Notes: generated from the letters alone by a model not told the origin. Shown: positions 14,511 through 28,346, numbered from the stretch's first letter. The stretch is DNA of 64,000 nt from Dehalococcoidia bacterium (GCA_963663235.2 CAXXNO010000006.1:32001-96000); one strand, 5' to 3'. Translations and numbers: made by a program.

Positions 14511-15631
14511 CCAAACGGGTCATCGCCTGCTTCGATGTGGACCGCGGCCGCGTGGTCAAGGGGATCTCGTTCGTTGACCTCCGCGACGCCGGCGATCCTG
14601 TCGAGATGGCGGAAGTTTACGACCGAGAGGGAGTAGACGAGCTGATCTTTCTCGACATCACCGCCTCGTACGAAGAGCGCGAGACGGTGGTCGAGATGGT
14701 CAGGCGCACGGCGGACCGGATCTTTATCCCGTTCACAGTCGGCGGCGGGATCCGCAGCACCGATGATATGCGGCGTATGTTAGAAGCCGGGGCTGATAAG
14801 ATCGCCATCAACTCGGCCGCCGCAGCGGACCCAAGCTTGGTGAGCGCAGGCGCGGCGCGATTCGGCAGCCAGTGCATCGTGGTCGCCGTCGATGCTAAAA
14901 GGCGGCCGGACGGGAGCTTTGAAGTCTACACGCACGGTGGCCGGCGACCGACCGGTCGGGACGTCGTGGCCTGGGCCGTGGAGGTGGCGGATCGTGGCGC
15001 GGGCGAGATCCTCCTCACCTCGATGGATACCGACGGCCATCAGTCGGGCTACGATCTGCCGATGTTGCGAGCCGTCGTCCAGGCAGTCTCGATTCCGGTT
15101 ATTGCAAGCGGCGGCGCTGGTACGGCACGACATATGATCGACGCGATCGTTCAAGGTCAGGCGGACGCCGTTCTGGCCGCGAGCATCTTCCACTTTGGCA
15201 CTTGTCGTGTCAGCGATGTTAAGCAGGAGATGGCGGCTGCCGGTCTCCCCATGCGATTGGAGCGCCCGACGTACGACGATCTTGAACCGCCTGCGCAGGA
15301 CCTGACATCGGCGCTGCCTCCGCTGAAGTACGACGCGAACGGCCTGATTGCGGCGATCGTACAAAACGACACCACCGATGAGATTTTGATGCTCGGCTAT
15401 ATGGACGAAGAGGCATTGCGCCGCACGCTGGCTACTCGCCTCGTGACGTTCTGGAGCCGCAGCAGGGAAGAGTACTGGACGAAAGGGGAGAGCAGCGGCA
15501 ACGTACTGCGTCTCAAATCGATTCGAAAGGATTGCGACGCCGACGCCCTGCTCGTTCGCTCCGAGCCCGCCGGCCCGACTTGCCACACCGGCGAGATCTC
15601 CTGCTTTCACCGCGGGCTGGCCGACGACTAG
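14504..15631 (+). CDS. hisF: HisF cyclase fused to a C-terminal HisI (phosphoribosyl-AMP cyclohydrolase) domain
   Basis: [12 protein letters not shown]...VKG...DAGDP...LAASIFH, then a linker, then [13 protein letters not shown]...WSRSR...KGESSGN...DCDADALL...CHTGEISCF. Confidence 0.93.
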   Translation: MLTKRVIACFDVDRGRVVKGISFVDLRDAGDPVEMAEVYDREGVDELIFLDITASYEERETVVEMVRRTADRIFIPFTVGGGIRSTDDMRRMLEAGADKIAINSAAAADPSLVSAGAARFGSQCIVVAVDAKRRPDGSFEVYTHGGRRPTGRDVVAWAVEVADRGAGEILLTSMDTDGHQSGYDLPMLRAVVQAVSIPVIASGGAGTARHMIDAIVQGQADAVLAASIFHFGTCRVSDVKQEMAAAGLPMRLERPTYDDLEPPAQDLTSALPPLKYDANGLIAAIVQNDTTDEILMLGYMDEEALRRTLATRLVTFWSRSREEYWTKGESSGNVLRLKSIRKDCDADALLVRSEPAGPTCHTGEISCFHRGLADD

Positions 15632-15638
15632 GCGGCCG

Positions 15639-16580
15639 TCAGCCGCTGGCCGCCACCTCTGGCTCGACGGTTCCTACTTCGGGCGCCGCCTCTGCGGCGA
15701 GCGCCTGCTCCATGGCGCTCACGGCGATGGCGATCTGCGCGTCGTCGGGCTCGCGTGTCGTCAGCGACTGCAGCCACAGGTTGGGTGCAAAGATCCAGCC
15801 GACGGCCCGCTTGTGCCGATAGAAGCCGCCAAGCCGGATCACTTCGTATGCGATCGCCGCAATGACCGGAACCAAGACGATACGGCTTGTGATGCGCCAC
15901 CACATGGGTGGCGTGCCGACCGCCGTGAAGACAAGAATCGCGACAACGGCGACGACGAGCAGGAACGATGTGCCGCAGCGGGGGTGCGCCCGGCTGAAGG
16001 GCCGGATGTTTTCGATGGACAGTTCGCGACCGGCTTCCCAGGCGGCGATCGTTTTGTGCTCCGCGCCGTGATACGCGAAGATCCGCCGCATCTCTGCCAT
16101 CCGGCCAATGAGCCAGAGGTAGCCCAGCAGCAGCGCGAGGCGCAGCACACCTTCCAGGACGACCGCTAGAATGTCCGGCTCGATGCGGCTCTCCAGCCAG
16201 CGGGCCAGGAACACCGGACCGAGAAAGAACACCCCGATGGCCATGGCGAAGGCGATGAAGATTATTAGGCCGCCGAGGAAGCCGGCCCCCGCCTCTTCAT
16301 CCGCCTCGTCCTCCGCGAGCGCCACGTTGTTCGAAAACAGAATGGCCCAAGTGCCCAGGTGGAGCGTCTCCGCGAGCGCGATCACGCCACGGATCAACGG
16401 CAGGCGGGGTGCGCGGCCGGTGTAGCCAGCGTTGAGGGTCTTGCTGCGTGTGGCCAAGCTACCGTCCGGTCGCCGGCAGACGACGGTCGCGTGCCGGGGA
16501 CCGCGGATCATGACTCCTTCGAGTACAGCTTGGCCACCGTAGCCGTGTCGTCGAGGCTTAGCCTGTTGCCGCAGACTCAT
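15639..16580 (-). CDS. DUF1385 family membrane protein (putative metal-dependent)
   Basis: YGGQAVLEGVMIRG, YHGAEHK, HPRCGTSF, LQSLTTREPD. Usual neighbour of rpmE. Confidence 0.9.
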   Translation of the reverse strand: MSLRQQAKPRRHGYGGQAVLEGVMIRGPRHATVVCRRPDGSLATRSKTLNAGYTGRAPRLPLIRGVIALAETLHLGTWAILFSNNVALAEDEADEEAGAGFLGGLIIFIAFAMAIGVFFLGPVFLARWLESRIEPDILAVVLEGVLRLALLLGYLWLIGRMAEMRRIFAYHGAEHKTIAAWEAGRELSIENIRPFSRAHPRCGTSFLLVVAVVAILVFTAVGTPPMWWRITSRIVLVPVIAAIAYEVIRLGGFYRHKRAVGWIFAPNLWLQSLTTREPDDAQIAIAVSAMEQALAAEAAPEVGTVEPEVAASG

Positions 16581-16638
16581 GCACTCAGCATAGGGCGAGG
16601 GACGGGCGTCGGGGAGAGATGGGCGAGGAGGGGCCCGG

Positions 16639-16857
16639 CTATTCGCTCTGTTCGCTCTCCTCGATGCCGTAGCGCCGCCTAAATCGCTCTACACGGCCGG
16701 CGGTGTCCACGATGCGCTGCTCGCCCGTGAAGAACGGGTGACAGACGCTGCAGATCTCGATGCGCATTTCGGGCTTTGTCGCGCGCGTCTCCCAGCGATT
16801 TCCACAGCCGCAGATGATGACGGCGGGTCCGTATTCTGGGTGCGTATCGGCTTTCAT
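16639..16857 (-). CDS. rpmE: 50S ribosomal protein L31 (Zn-binding type)
   Basis: MKADTHPEY, CGCGN, CSVCHPFFTG, GRVERFRRRY. Confidence 0.96.
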   Translation of the reverse strand: MKADTHPEYGPAVIICGCGNRWETRATKPEMRIEICSVCHPFFTGEQRIVDTAGRVERFRRRYGIEESEQSE

Positions 16858-16876
16858 CGCGATCCTGTTCCGCCGC

Positions 16877-17146
16877 CTATACCTTGACCGGTTCGGGGTT
16901 AACGCTGACCTGCTTGCGCCGCCCCTTGGCGTATGGGTCGAATTTCACATAACCATCGGCGAGTGCGTAGAGAGTGTGGTCGCGTCCGACGGCCACGTTC
17001 CGGCCGGCATGAATGCGGGTGCCTCGCTGCCGCACGATGATTCCGCCTGTGCGCACGCGTTGGCCGTCGTAGAGTTTGACCCCCAGCCGCTTGGATTGGC
17101 TGTCGCGTCCGTTCTTGCTCGAGCCAACGCCTTTCTTGTGGGCCAT
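16877..17146 (-). CDS. rpmA: 50S ribosomal protein L27
   Basis: [30 protein letters not shown]. Confidence 0.98.
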   Translation of the reverse strand: MAHKKGVGSSKNGRDSQSKRLGVKLYDGQRVRTGGIIVRQRGTRIHAGRNVAVGRDHTLYALADGYVKFDPYAKGRRKQVSVNPEPVKV

Positions 17147-17148
17147 CG

Positions 17149-17853
17149 TTAGTCCTCCGTCGATTTCTTCGCGGCCCGTCGGCGGGTCGCGGGAGCTCGT
17201 CGGGATCCGTCCGCCGGCGTTGCTTTTTTCGCGGACGTCGACTTCTTGCGGGCCGAGGTCCCACTCCGCTTCTTCGCCGCGGCTTTCGTCGCCGGCGTCG
17301 ACTTCGGCTTGCTCGATCGTGGCGCGGCGGCCTTAGTGGCCGCTTTCCGTGCCCGACGCGGCTTGGGCGTCTCCTCAACGGCCTCAGGCACCTCTACTGC
17401 CTCCGGCCGCTCGGGTGGTGCCTCCTCCGTAACCCTCTCGGGCGCTGCGGCCGTTTCTGTCGTCGCGCTGGCGCTCTCGACATCCGTCTGCGTGGGCTCC
17501 GCTTTCTCACGCTCCCGTCTGCGGCGACGCTTGGCGATGCCCGGCCCCATAATCTCCTTGATAGCGAGAACGGTGCGCAGCTGCCGGTGCCCCCGCAGGC
17601 GGCGATAGCGGATCTTGGACTTGTATTTGAACACTCGGATCTTGCGGTCGCGTTCTTGGCCGGCGATCTCCGCGACTACTGTCGCCTTGGCAACGCCGGG
17701 CGTTCCGACTGTGACGCCCGCGTCGCCGGCCAGTAACAGGACGTCGGTCAACTCGACGGTGTCGCCGACAGCGCCTGGCAGTCGCTCGACGCGGAGTTGC
17801 TGGCCTGGCTCGACACGATATTGCTTACCGCCGGTGCGGATCACCGCGTACAT
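17149..17853 (-). CDS. rplU: 50S ribosomal protein L21 with ~130-aa low-complexity C-terminal extension
   Basis: [14 protein letters not shown]...GHRQ core, followed by an acidic then Lys/Arg/Ala-rich tail. Confidence 0.95.
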   Translation of the reverse strand: MYAVIRTGGKQYRVEPGQQLRVERLPGAVGDTVELTDVLLLAGDAGVTVGTPGVAKATVVAEIAGQERDRKIRVFKYKSKIRYRRLRGHRQLRTVLAIKEIMGPGIAKRRRRREREKAEPTQTDVESASATTETAAAPERVTEEAPPERPEAVEVPEAVEETPKPRRARKAATKAAAPRSSKPKSTPATKAAAKKRSGTSARKKSTSAKKATPADGSRRAPATRRRAAKKSTED

Positions 17854-17966
17854 GCTGACTCCCGAGCGCCGGATGGGTGCGCTTCTTGCTCACCGTATGG
17901 CTGTGGCTTGCGGCCGGTCAAGCAAGACGGCGACCAACGGCATCGCCCGCCGCAGGGCGCAGCCGG

Positions 17967-19967
<2,001 letters not shown>

Positions 19968-20230
19968 GGCCTGTTCCCTTCTCTCGCAAAGCGGTATGGA
20001 GCGAGCAGCGCCTTGGCTGCTTCAGCCCTCTAACGATGCTCGCACCCCGTACCGGATCCAATATACCAGCCGGGCGTCCCGCTGAGAGGGTCGGTCGCCC
20101 CCCGCTTGGGAGGCGATGTCCAGGCGGCCTCCCTGACAGAGTCCAGCCCCGCGGCTACAGTGTCCGACAGGACGAAAGGGCGCGTCCGAGGCAGACTGGC
20201 CCCGCCGCGCTGGGCGGAGGATGCGGAGCG

Positions 20231-20896
20231 TTGACCGGCCTCAAGCCCAGCCGACGGATGGAGGCGGCGCTGTGGCGCGCCGGTTTCAGGGCCGTCGCCG
20301 GTGTCGATGAGGTCGGCCGTGGCGCACTCGCTGGTCCTCTGGTGGCTGGCGCCGTGATCCTGGGGCCGGGGGGTCTGACTGCCGGCCTCACCGGTCTGCG
20401 CGACAGCAAACAACTGACGCCAGCGCAACGCTCCGCACTCGTCCCGGCGATCACGTCAGGCGCACTGGCCTGGGGCCTTGGCTTGGCCGCTGCTACCGAG
20501 GTCGACTCGTTGGGGGTCGCGTACGCCACCCGCCTGGCTATGCGGCGCGCGCTTGCGGCCTGCGCCATCGAACCCGATTTTGCGCTAGTGGACGGTAACG
20601 ACCGCCAGCCGTTTCCCTGTCCCCATCGATCGATCATCGGCGGGGACGGCCGCGTGACCAGCATTGCCGCGGCGTCCGTGCTTGCCAAGGTGTTCCGGGA
20701 TGATTGGATGCTGTCCCTGGACGAGGAGTTCTCAGTGTACGGCTTTGCATCCAACAAGGGCTATGGCACGCCGGTGCACCTGGGCGCACTCGGGCGCTGC
20801 GGCCCCTGTCCGCAGCATCGCTACTCGTTCGCGCCCGTGCGCGCCGCGGGCGGTGGCGGCCCGACCCGCCAGGTGGCGGCTTCCCGCGTGCGGTGA
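20231..20896 (+). CDS. rnhB: Ribonuclease HII
   Basis: AGVDEVGRGALAGP, RDSKQL, LVDG, SIAAASVLAKV, NKGYGT. TTG start after GGAG assumed. Confidence 0.93.
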   Translation: MTGLKPSRRMEAALWRAGFRAVAGVDEVGRGALAGPLVAGAVILGPGGLTAGLTGLRDSKQLTPAQRSALVPAITSGALAWGLGLAAATEVDSLGVAYATRLAMRRALAACAIEPDFALVDGNDRQPFPCPHRSIIGGDGRVTSIAAASVLAKVFRDDWMLSLDEEFSVYGFASNKGYGTPVHLGALGRCGPCPQHRYSFAPVRAAGGGGPTRQVAASRVR

Positions 20897-21264
20897 GCGA
20901 CCGACGTCGCGCGCTGGGGGCGATCGGTGAGCAGGTGGCGGCTCAACATCTCGAATCCAAGGGTTACACGATTGTTGACCGCAACGTGCGCGGGGGCCAC
21001 GGGGAGATCGATATCGTGGCCCGCTCGCCGGACGGCGTGTTGGCCTTTGTGGAGGTGCGAACCCGGTCCGTGCCGGGCGGTCTCGCCGCCGCGGCGGAAT
21101 CGCTGACGCCGTCCAAGCGGCGACGGATGGCCGAACTTGCCGCAGCCTACCTGGCGGAACGGGCGCCCGATGCCTCTGCGCGCATCGACGTGGTGACCAT
21201 TGCGGTGGCTGGAGATGGCCGGATCGTCGCCATCGAGCACATCGAGAATGCGGTCGAGAATTGA
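20893..21264 (+). CDS. YraN/UPF0102 family putative endonuclease
   Basis: GAIGEQVAAQHL, GEIDIVA, FVEVRTR, RIDVV. GTG overlaps the rnhB stop. Confidence 0.9.
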   Translation: MSDRRRALGAIGEQVAAQHLESKGYTIVDRNVRGGHGEIDIVARSPDGVLAFVEVRTRSVPGGLAAAAESLTPSKRRRMAELAAAYLAERAPDASARIDVVTIAVAGDGRIVAIEHIENAVEN

Positions 21265-21335
21265 CCAGTCCTGCACGTTGAGCGTGGTTCGCTCGGCGCG
21301 AATTCGTACTCGGCGCAGCCTTCCACCATCGTGCT

Positions 21336-21812
21336 GTGCCCGTCTACGAATATCGCTGTTCTACATGAACCAGGCTGCTGGTGATCTTCGAATGCCGCCG
21401 ATTGGCGGATCTGCAGGAGTCGCCGCCATGTCCGGCGTGCGATTCGCGCCGGATCCAGCCACTGATTTCATGGTTCGCCTTTGCGAGAGGCGCAGAGCCA
21501 GACGAGGCTGACGCCTTCGCGGATATTGATTCCGACGATCCCGAAGGGCTGCAGGGGTACGCTAAACGCCTGACCGCTGCGACTGGACACCGGTATCGGC
21601 CGTGCTTCCATAAGGTCCTCGGAGACGACGGGTTGGACGAGGCGGACGATGGTTACAATTCTAGTACGGAACTCAGTCAGGACCTCGATTTGGTCGGCAG
21701 TGAGTTTCAGCGGGGTAGGCATGCCGGTTTACGAATATCGCTGCACCGACTGTCGCGAGATCACGAGCGTGTTCCGGCGATCGATCGCTGCGACCGAGAC
21801 GGTTGCTTGTGA
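21336..21812 (+). CDS. FmdB-family zinc-ribbon protein with in-frame TGA at the second Cys (candidate selenoprotein or pseudogene)
   Basis: GTG-start MPVYEYRCST[TGA 21366-21368]TRLL...CPACDSRRIQPLIS...DSDDP, colinear with the neighbouring paralog MPVYEYRCTDC. Confidence 0.7.
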
Positions 21813-22065
21813 ACATTGCGGCGGCACCCGAACGGAGCGCGCCATCTCGCGCTTCGCGACGCCGAAGACGGAGCAGCAGGCGCTGGAACAGTACGGCACG
21901 CCACAGCTCGGGGCCGGCCCGGACGCCTATCGCGATCCCCGGCAGATCGGCCGTTGGGTGGAACAGCGCTTCGATGAGATGGGGGTTGAGATGCCGGCGC
22001 AGACGCGCACGATGATCGATGCCGCTCGTGAGGGCGATCTCCCCGATCCCGTCCGGAATCTCTGA
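21721..22065 (+). CDS. FmdB-family zinc-ribbon protein
   Basis: MPVYEYRCTDC...CEHCGG...ISRF...DPRQIGRWVEQRF. Confidence 0.88.
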   Translation: MPVYEYRCTDCREITSVFRRSIAATETVACEHCGGTRTERAISRFATPKTEQQALEQYGTPQLGAGPDAYRDPRQIGRWVEQRFDEMGVEMPAQTRTMIDAAREGDLPDPVRNL

Positions 22066-22076
22066 CGGCGCCGGCG

Positions 22077-22745
22077 ATGGCGGGGCAGGACACCGGCAAT
22101 ATCTCTCTTGATGAGATCCTGGCGACCATCCGCGAGGACTTGGAGACGAAACACCGAGCTCGTGAGGCGGCGCTGGCGACGTGCCGCGAGGTAATCCGGC
22201 AGGCCTCGCTCTGCATCCGGGCCGTCCACCGACACGAGTTCGATCGCGCGGCAGCGATGCTGGAAGAGACGCACCAACGGACGCGCGCGGCGCAAGAGTT
22301 GCTCGTCGATCACCCTGAGATCTACCATGCTGGATTTCTCCACGACGCCGTTAAGGAGTACGCCGAAGCCGCCCTCACCCTTGCGTTGGTGACCGGGAGG
22401 CCACTGCCTACACCGGCCGAGCTTGATGTCTCGAGCGCGGCGTACCTGCACGGACTTGCCGAAGCCGCGGGCGAACTGCGCCGGTACGTTCTGGACTCCT
22501 TGCGCGATGCCGATCGCACTCGACCAGAGGAGTTGCTGGTCGCAATGGACGAAATCTACGCAGCGCTGGTCACGGTCGACTTCCCTGAGGCGATCACGCA
22601 CGGTCTGCGCCGGAGCACGGACATGGTTCGTGGCGTCACGGAGCGGACCCGCGGCGATCTCACCGTGGCAGCGCTGCAGCGGCAGCTCCACAGAGAGATC
22701 GTCGAGTTGCGCGCACGCCTGGAGCAGCACGGGTCAGGGACGTAA
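22077..22745 (+). CDS. Translin/TRAX-like helical protein
   Basis: REAALATCREVIR, KEYAEA, YLHGLAEAAGELRRY, LRRSTDMVRG. Confidence 0.82.
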   Translation: MAGQDTGNISLDEILATIREDLETKHRAREAALATCREVIRQASLCIRAVHRHEFDRAAAMLEETHQRTRAAQELLVDHPEIYHAGFLHDAVKEYAEAALTLALVTGRPLPTPAELDVSSAAYLHGLAEAAGELRRYVLDSLRDADRTRPEELLVAMDEIYAALVTVDFPEAITHGLRRSTDMVRGVTERTRGDLTVAALQRQLHREIVELRARLEQHGSGT

Positions 22746-22765
22746 CGCGGCCAACGCTTGGCCGG

Positions 22766-22794
22766 TTGATCGTGGCGATCCGCTCTCGTAGATT
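22766..22794 (+). promoter_or_regulatory. Sigma70-type promoter of hppA
   Basis: TTGATC-17 nt-TAGATT. Confidence 0.55.
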
Positions 22795-22872
22795 AGCGGC
22801 CGTGCTGCTGCGGGGACTCTTGGCGGCGGGTGCGAGTCCGTCGTCTGCGTATCTGTCTCCGATGGAGGCCCG

Positions 22873-24960
<2,088 letters not shown>

Positions 24961-25077
24961 GCGGCGTCCCAGATTCGGGTCGCTCCGCCTATGCGATCTC
25001 CCTCCGGCTGTCGATAACTGAGTTGTGGGTGCCGCTGCGATCGGCTCGATCCGTCGGCCCCACGAAAGGATCGGCGA

Positions 25078-26400
25078 GTGATGACGCTCCCTGATGTGGC
25101 GCCGCCCGTCGAGCGGGCCGTTGAACCGCTGCGGGCGGGCCTGCCCGAGCTCGTGTGCGCCCTCTCGCACGCCCTGGACGCCGCTGAAGGCCGCGAACCG
25201 GGCCATGCGCTGCGCGTGGCCTACGTCTGCCAGCAGCTGACGAGCGAGCTCGGCCTCGATCGCGGGCACCGGCGGGCGGCGCTGTTCGCTGGGCTGCTGC
25301 ACGATATCGGCGTGCCCGCGGTTACGCCTTCCCTAGTCGATGTCCCGCATCTGGACGAGGAGTCCCTCTTCGCCTTCGCTCCGACGAATGGCGTGGAGCT
25401 AGCAGACGTGGCGCCCGCTCATCGAGGCATCGCCGCGCAGGCGTTACGAGCACATCCGACGGCCTCCGCGGACTTTCTCGGCCGCTCTTGGTTTCCGGAA
25501 GCCACGATGCCCGCCGTGCGCGGTCATCACGAAAACTGGGATGGCAGTGGCTACCCGGATGGGTTGGCCGGCGATGCGATCCCTATCCTGGCTCGTGTTC
25601 TCCGCGCCGCTGACCTCTTCGAGAGCGTGGTGGCGAGCGAGGGCAACCCGCTGAGTGCCCGCGCAGGGGTCACCGCTGCGGCGCGGGCTTGGTCGGGCCG
25701 AGAGATCCAGCCGGAGATCGGCGCTGCGTTGGCATGCATCGCGCGCGATGACCACTTCTGGTTGGCTTTCCACGACGAACGCATCGACGCGGCGCTGACA
25801 GCGATGGCGCCAACGAACGGGCTGCGGCCGAGCGGCAAGTTGCTGGCCGGGTTCAGTGAGGCGGTCGCGACGCTCGTCGACGCCAGAGCCAGACATGAGC
25901 CGGGCCGGGCGATGCAAGTGGCCACCCTGGTGCGTGCGATGGCGGAGGCGGTGGAGATATCACCCCAGGAGGTCGCTCGACTCGGATTGGCGACTCTCTG
26001 GGCGGACATTGGGGTGATGGCCGTGCCCAGCCGCATCCTTGGCAAGCCGGACCTGCTCACCGTTGACGAGATGCAACGGATGCGTGCTCACCCTGGCGTC
26101 TCCGGCGAGATCGTCGCCCGGATTCCTGCACTGGCGGAGGCTGCGCCGTGGCTGGCAGCGCACCACGAACGACCAGACGGCAGGGGCTACCCGCGGATGT
26201 TGAGTGATCCGGAGATCCCGTCGGAAGCCCGTATCCTCGCCTTGGCGGATGCGTACGGCGCCATGACCACCCGCCGCCCCTACCGCGAGGCGTTGACCAG
26301 CCCGGATGCTCTCGCGGTGCTCCGGGCTGGCGCCGGGACCCAGTGGGATCCGTTCCTGGCGCGGGTCCTGGCGAACGTGCTGGAGGCGCAAGCCAGCTAG
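25078..26400 (+). CDS. Tandem HD-GYP phosphodiesterase
   Basis: Domain 1: LLHDIG...[14 protein letters not shown]. Domain 2: LWADIG (HD degenerate)...[11 protein letters not shown]...RRPYR. Confidence 0.9.
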   Translation: MMTLPDVAPPVERAVEPLRAGLPELVCALSHALDAAEGREPGHALRVAYVCQQLTSELGLDRGHRRAALFAGLLHDIGVPAVTPSLVDVPHLDEESLFAFAPTNGVELADVAPAHRGIAAQALRAHPTASADFLGRSWFPEATMPAVRGHHENWDGSGYPDGLAGDAIPILARVLRAADLFESVVASEGNPLSARAGVTAAARAWSGREIQPEIGAALACIARDDHFWLAFHDERIDAALTAMAPTNGLRPSGKLLAGFSEAVATLVDARARHEPGRAMQVATLVRAMAEAVEISPQEVARLGLATLWADIGVMAVPSRILGKPDLLTVDEMQRMRAHPGVSGEIVARIPALAEAAPWLAAHHERPDGRGYPRMLSDPEIPSEARILALADAYGAMTTRRPYREALTSPDALAVLRAGAGTQWDPFLARVLANVLEAQAS

Positions 26401-26722
26401 ACCTGCTCGGCGCGATCGACCGATTGCACCCGAGGGTTGCCCGCCCCGCCGTACCTCGAATGGCTCCCGCGTGATCCCCACGGAGCTGAGGAGCGGGAGC
26501 GCAGGGACGGGGACGATATCTGTGTGAGCCTCGGTCTTGGCGCGGACGACCGCGACTACTTCATCTACGCGCTCGTCCTCTCCGCCGGACAACAGCGTGG
26601 CGTTCTGGCGGCGGAGGAATCCCCCGAGCTGCCCCGATCGTCACGGAGATTGCCGCCTGAACGCGCGCGTCCACCAGTCGCTCGGAGTCAGCGCCGTCGC
26701 TGACCATCACGATCAGCTTCAC
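26397..26722 (-). pseudogene. darA: Frameshifted PII-like cyclic-di-AMP receptor (DarA/PstA family)
   Basis: Segments in different frames: MKLIVMVSDGADSERLVDA.../GGFLRRQNATLLSGGEDERVDEVVAVV...[22 protein letters not shown]. These match the DarA pattern GGFL..GN.T..G.E....EV.VGGAT. Confidence 0.75.
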
Positions 26723-26856
26723 GGCTCGTTAGGATTTGGGGGCTCGTTGCGCCGCTGGAGCCGTACTCGCAACGAAGCGTCGGTATCCGCTGCGGCCAAG
26801 CCCGCGATCGTCGAGCTCAGGATCACCCCGAGCAGAAAGCCGATGAGGAAGCGCAC
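26719..26856 (-). CDS. Small 45-aa single-TM protein (not in ORF track)
   Basis: GTG start after GGAG: MRFLIGFLLGVILSSTIAGLAAADTDASLRVRLQRRNEPPNPNEP*. Its stop overlaps the darA start (GTGA). Confidence 0.65.
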   Translation of the reverse strand: MRFLIGFLLGVILSSTIAGLAAADTDASLRVRLQRRNEPPNPNEP

Positions 26857-26882
26857 GCCAGGCTCCGTCCGCCTTTCCTCGC

Positions 26883-26911
26883 ACCGTACTCAGGCGATTC
26901 AAAGGGGTCAA
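26883..26911 (-). promoter_or_regulatory. Sigma70 promoter for the small protein-darA unit
   Basis: Minus strand TTGACC-17 nt-TACGGT. Confidence 0.55.
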
Positions 26912-26953
26912 TCGAGTTGCGCTGAACGATGCGGCCAAGCGTTCGGAGCCTGA

Positions 26954-26982
26954 TTGCCCGCCCCTCCGGCCGCTGATAGCGT
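26954..26982 (+). promoter_or_regulatory. Sigma70 promoter of glyQS
   Basis: TTGCCC-17 nt-TAGCGT with extended TGn. Confidence 0.5.
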
Positions 26983-27026
26983 GACGGCACTCCGACCTTT
27001 GTCAGCGGATGGCGGGAGGGCACGAG

Positions 27027-28346
27027 GTGACTGCAGAGACCGCGGTGACCATGGAGACGATCGTCTCACTGGCCAAGCGCCGTGGCTTCATCTTCCCGAG
27101 CAGTGAGATCTACGGTGGCTTCGCTTCCACGTGGGACTACGGGCCGACGGGCGTCGAGTTGAAGCGCAACATTCGCGATGAGTGGTGGCGCAGCATGGTC
27201 CGCGAGCGTGACGACATGGTCGGCCTCGACTCGGCGATCCTCATGGCCCCGCGCATCTGGGAGACGAGCGGCCATGTGGCGAGTTTCAGCGACCCACTGG
27301 TCGATTGTCGCGCTTGCAACCAGCGCTTTCGCGCCGATGATCTTGAGGGTGATGTCTGCCCAAACTGCGGCGCTACAGGAGGTTTCACCGAAGCGCGCCA
27401 GTTCAACCTCATGTTCAGCACGCACGTTGGCCCGGTCGAGGATGAAACCACGCTTGCGTATCTGCGCCCCGAGACGGCTCAGGGGATCTTCGTGAATTTC
27501 GAGAACGTGCTCACATCCACGCGTCGGCGGCTGCCGTTCGGGATCGCACAGCAAGGGAAGGCGTTTCGCAATGAGGTCACGCCGGGGAACTTCATCTTTC
27601 GCACGCGCGAGTTTGAGCAAATGGAGATCGAGTACTTCGTGCTGCCGAAGGATGCGGATGAGTGGTACCGGCGCTGGATCGATATTCGCGAGCGCTGGTA
27701 CGTTGATCTAGGCATCGATCCCGAGAGTCTGCGCCGCCATGTCCACCCGCCGGAGGATCTCTCGCACTATTCCGCGGGGACGACGGATCTCCAGTACCGT
27801 TTCCCCTTCGGCTGGGCGGAGTTGGAGGGCATCGCGAACCGCACGGACTTCGACCTCAAGGCGCACGCCGCGGCGTCTGGACAGCGGCTCGCCTACTTCG
27901 ATCCAGAGAGCGAGCAGCAGGTCGTGCCGTATGTGATCGAACCGTCCGCAGGAGTGGATCGGGCGCTGCTGGCATTCCTTGCCGACGCCTACACCGTCGA
28001 GCCCGACGAAAAGGGGGACGCGCGGGTTGTTCTCAAGCTTCACACGCGCCTGGCGCCGGTGAAAGTCGCCGTGCTCCCCCTCAGCCGCAAGGAGCCTCTG
28101 GCTCAAATGGCCCGTGAGGTCTGGGCCTTGGTGCGTTCGGACTGGAGCAGCCAGTACGACGATGCGCAAAGTATCGGACGCCGCTACCGGCGGCAGGACG
28201 AGATCGGCACGCCGTTCTGCGTGACGATCGATTTCGACTCCCTGGAGGACCACGCTGTGACCATCCGCGAGCGCGACACGCAAGCCCAAGTGCGAGTACC
28301 GACGCAGGAATTGGTCGCGGCGCTCCGGGAGCGGATCGACGGCTGA
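27027..28346 (+). CDS. glyQS: Glycine--tRNA ligase, alpha2 (dimeric) type
   Basis: KRRGFIFPSSEIYGG, YLRPETAQGIF, FRNEVTPGNFIFRTREFEQMEIE, IGRRYRRQDEIGTP. Confidence 0.96.
   Translation: MTAETAVTMETIVSLAKRRGFIFPSSEIYGGFASTWDYGPTGVELKRNIRDEWWRSMVRERDDMVGLDSAILMAPRIWETSGHVASFSDPLVDCRACNQRFRADDLEGDVCPNCGATGGFTEARQFNLMFSTHVGPVEDETTLAYLRPETAQGIFVNFENVLTSTRRRLPFGIAQQGKAFRNEVTPGNFIFRTREFEQMEIEYFVLPKDADEWYRRWIDIRERWYVDLGIDPESLRRHVHPPEDLSHYSAGTTDLQYRFPFGWAELEGIANRTDFDLKAHAAASGQRLAYFDPESEQQVVPYVIEPSAGVDRALLAFLADAYTVEPDEKGDARVVLKLHTRLAPVKVAVLPLSRKEPLAQMAREVWALVRSDWSSQYDDAQSIGRRYRRQDEIGTPFCVTIDFDSLEDHAVTIRERDTQAQVRVPTQELVAALRERIDG

Noticed and set aside
22746-22872. Na+ or fluoride riboswitch upstream of hppA
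   Set aside because: No match to the consensus elements I know; the GGTTG is part of a -35 box.
26860-27026. T-box upstream of glyQS
   Set aside because: Too short, with no T-box bulge or terminator; the region is explained by divergent promoters.
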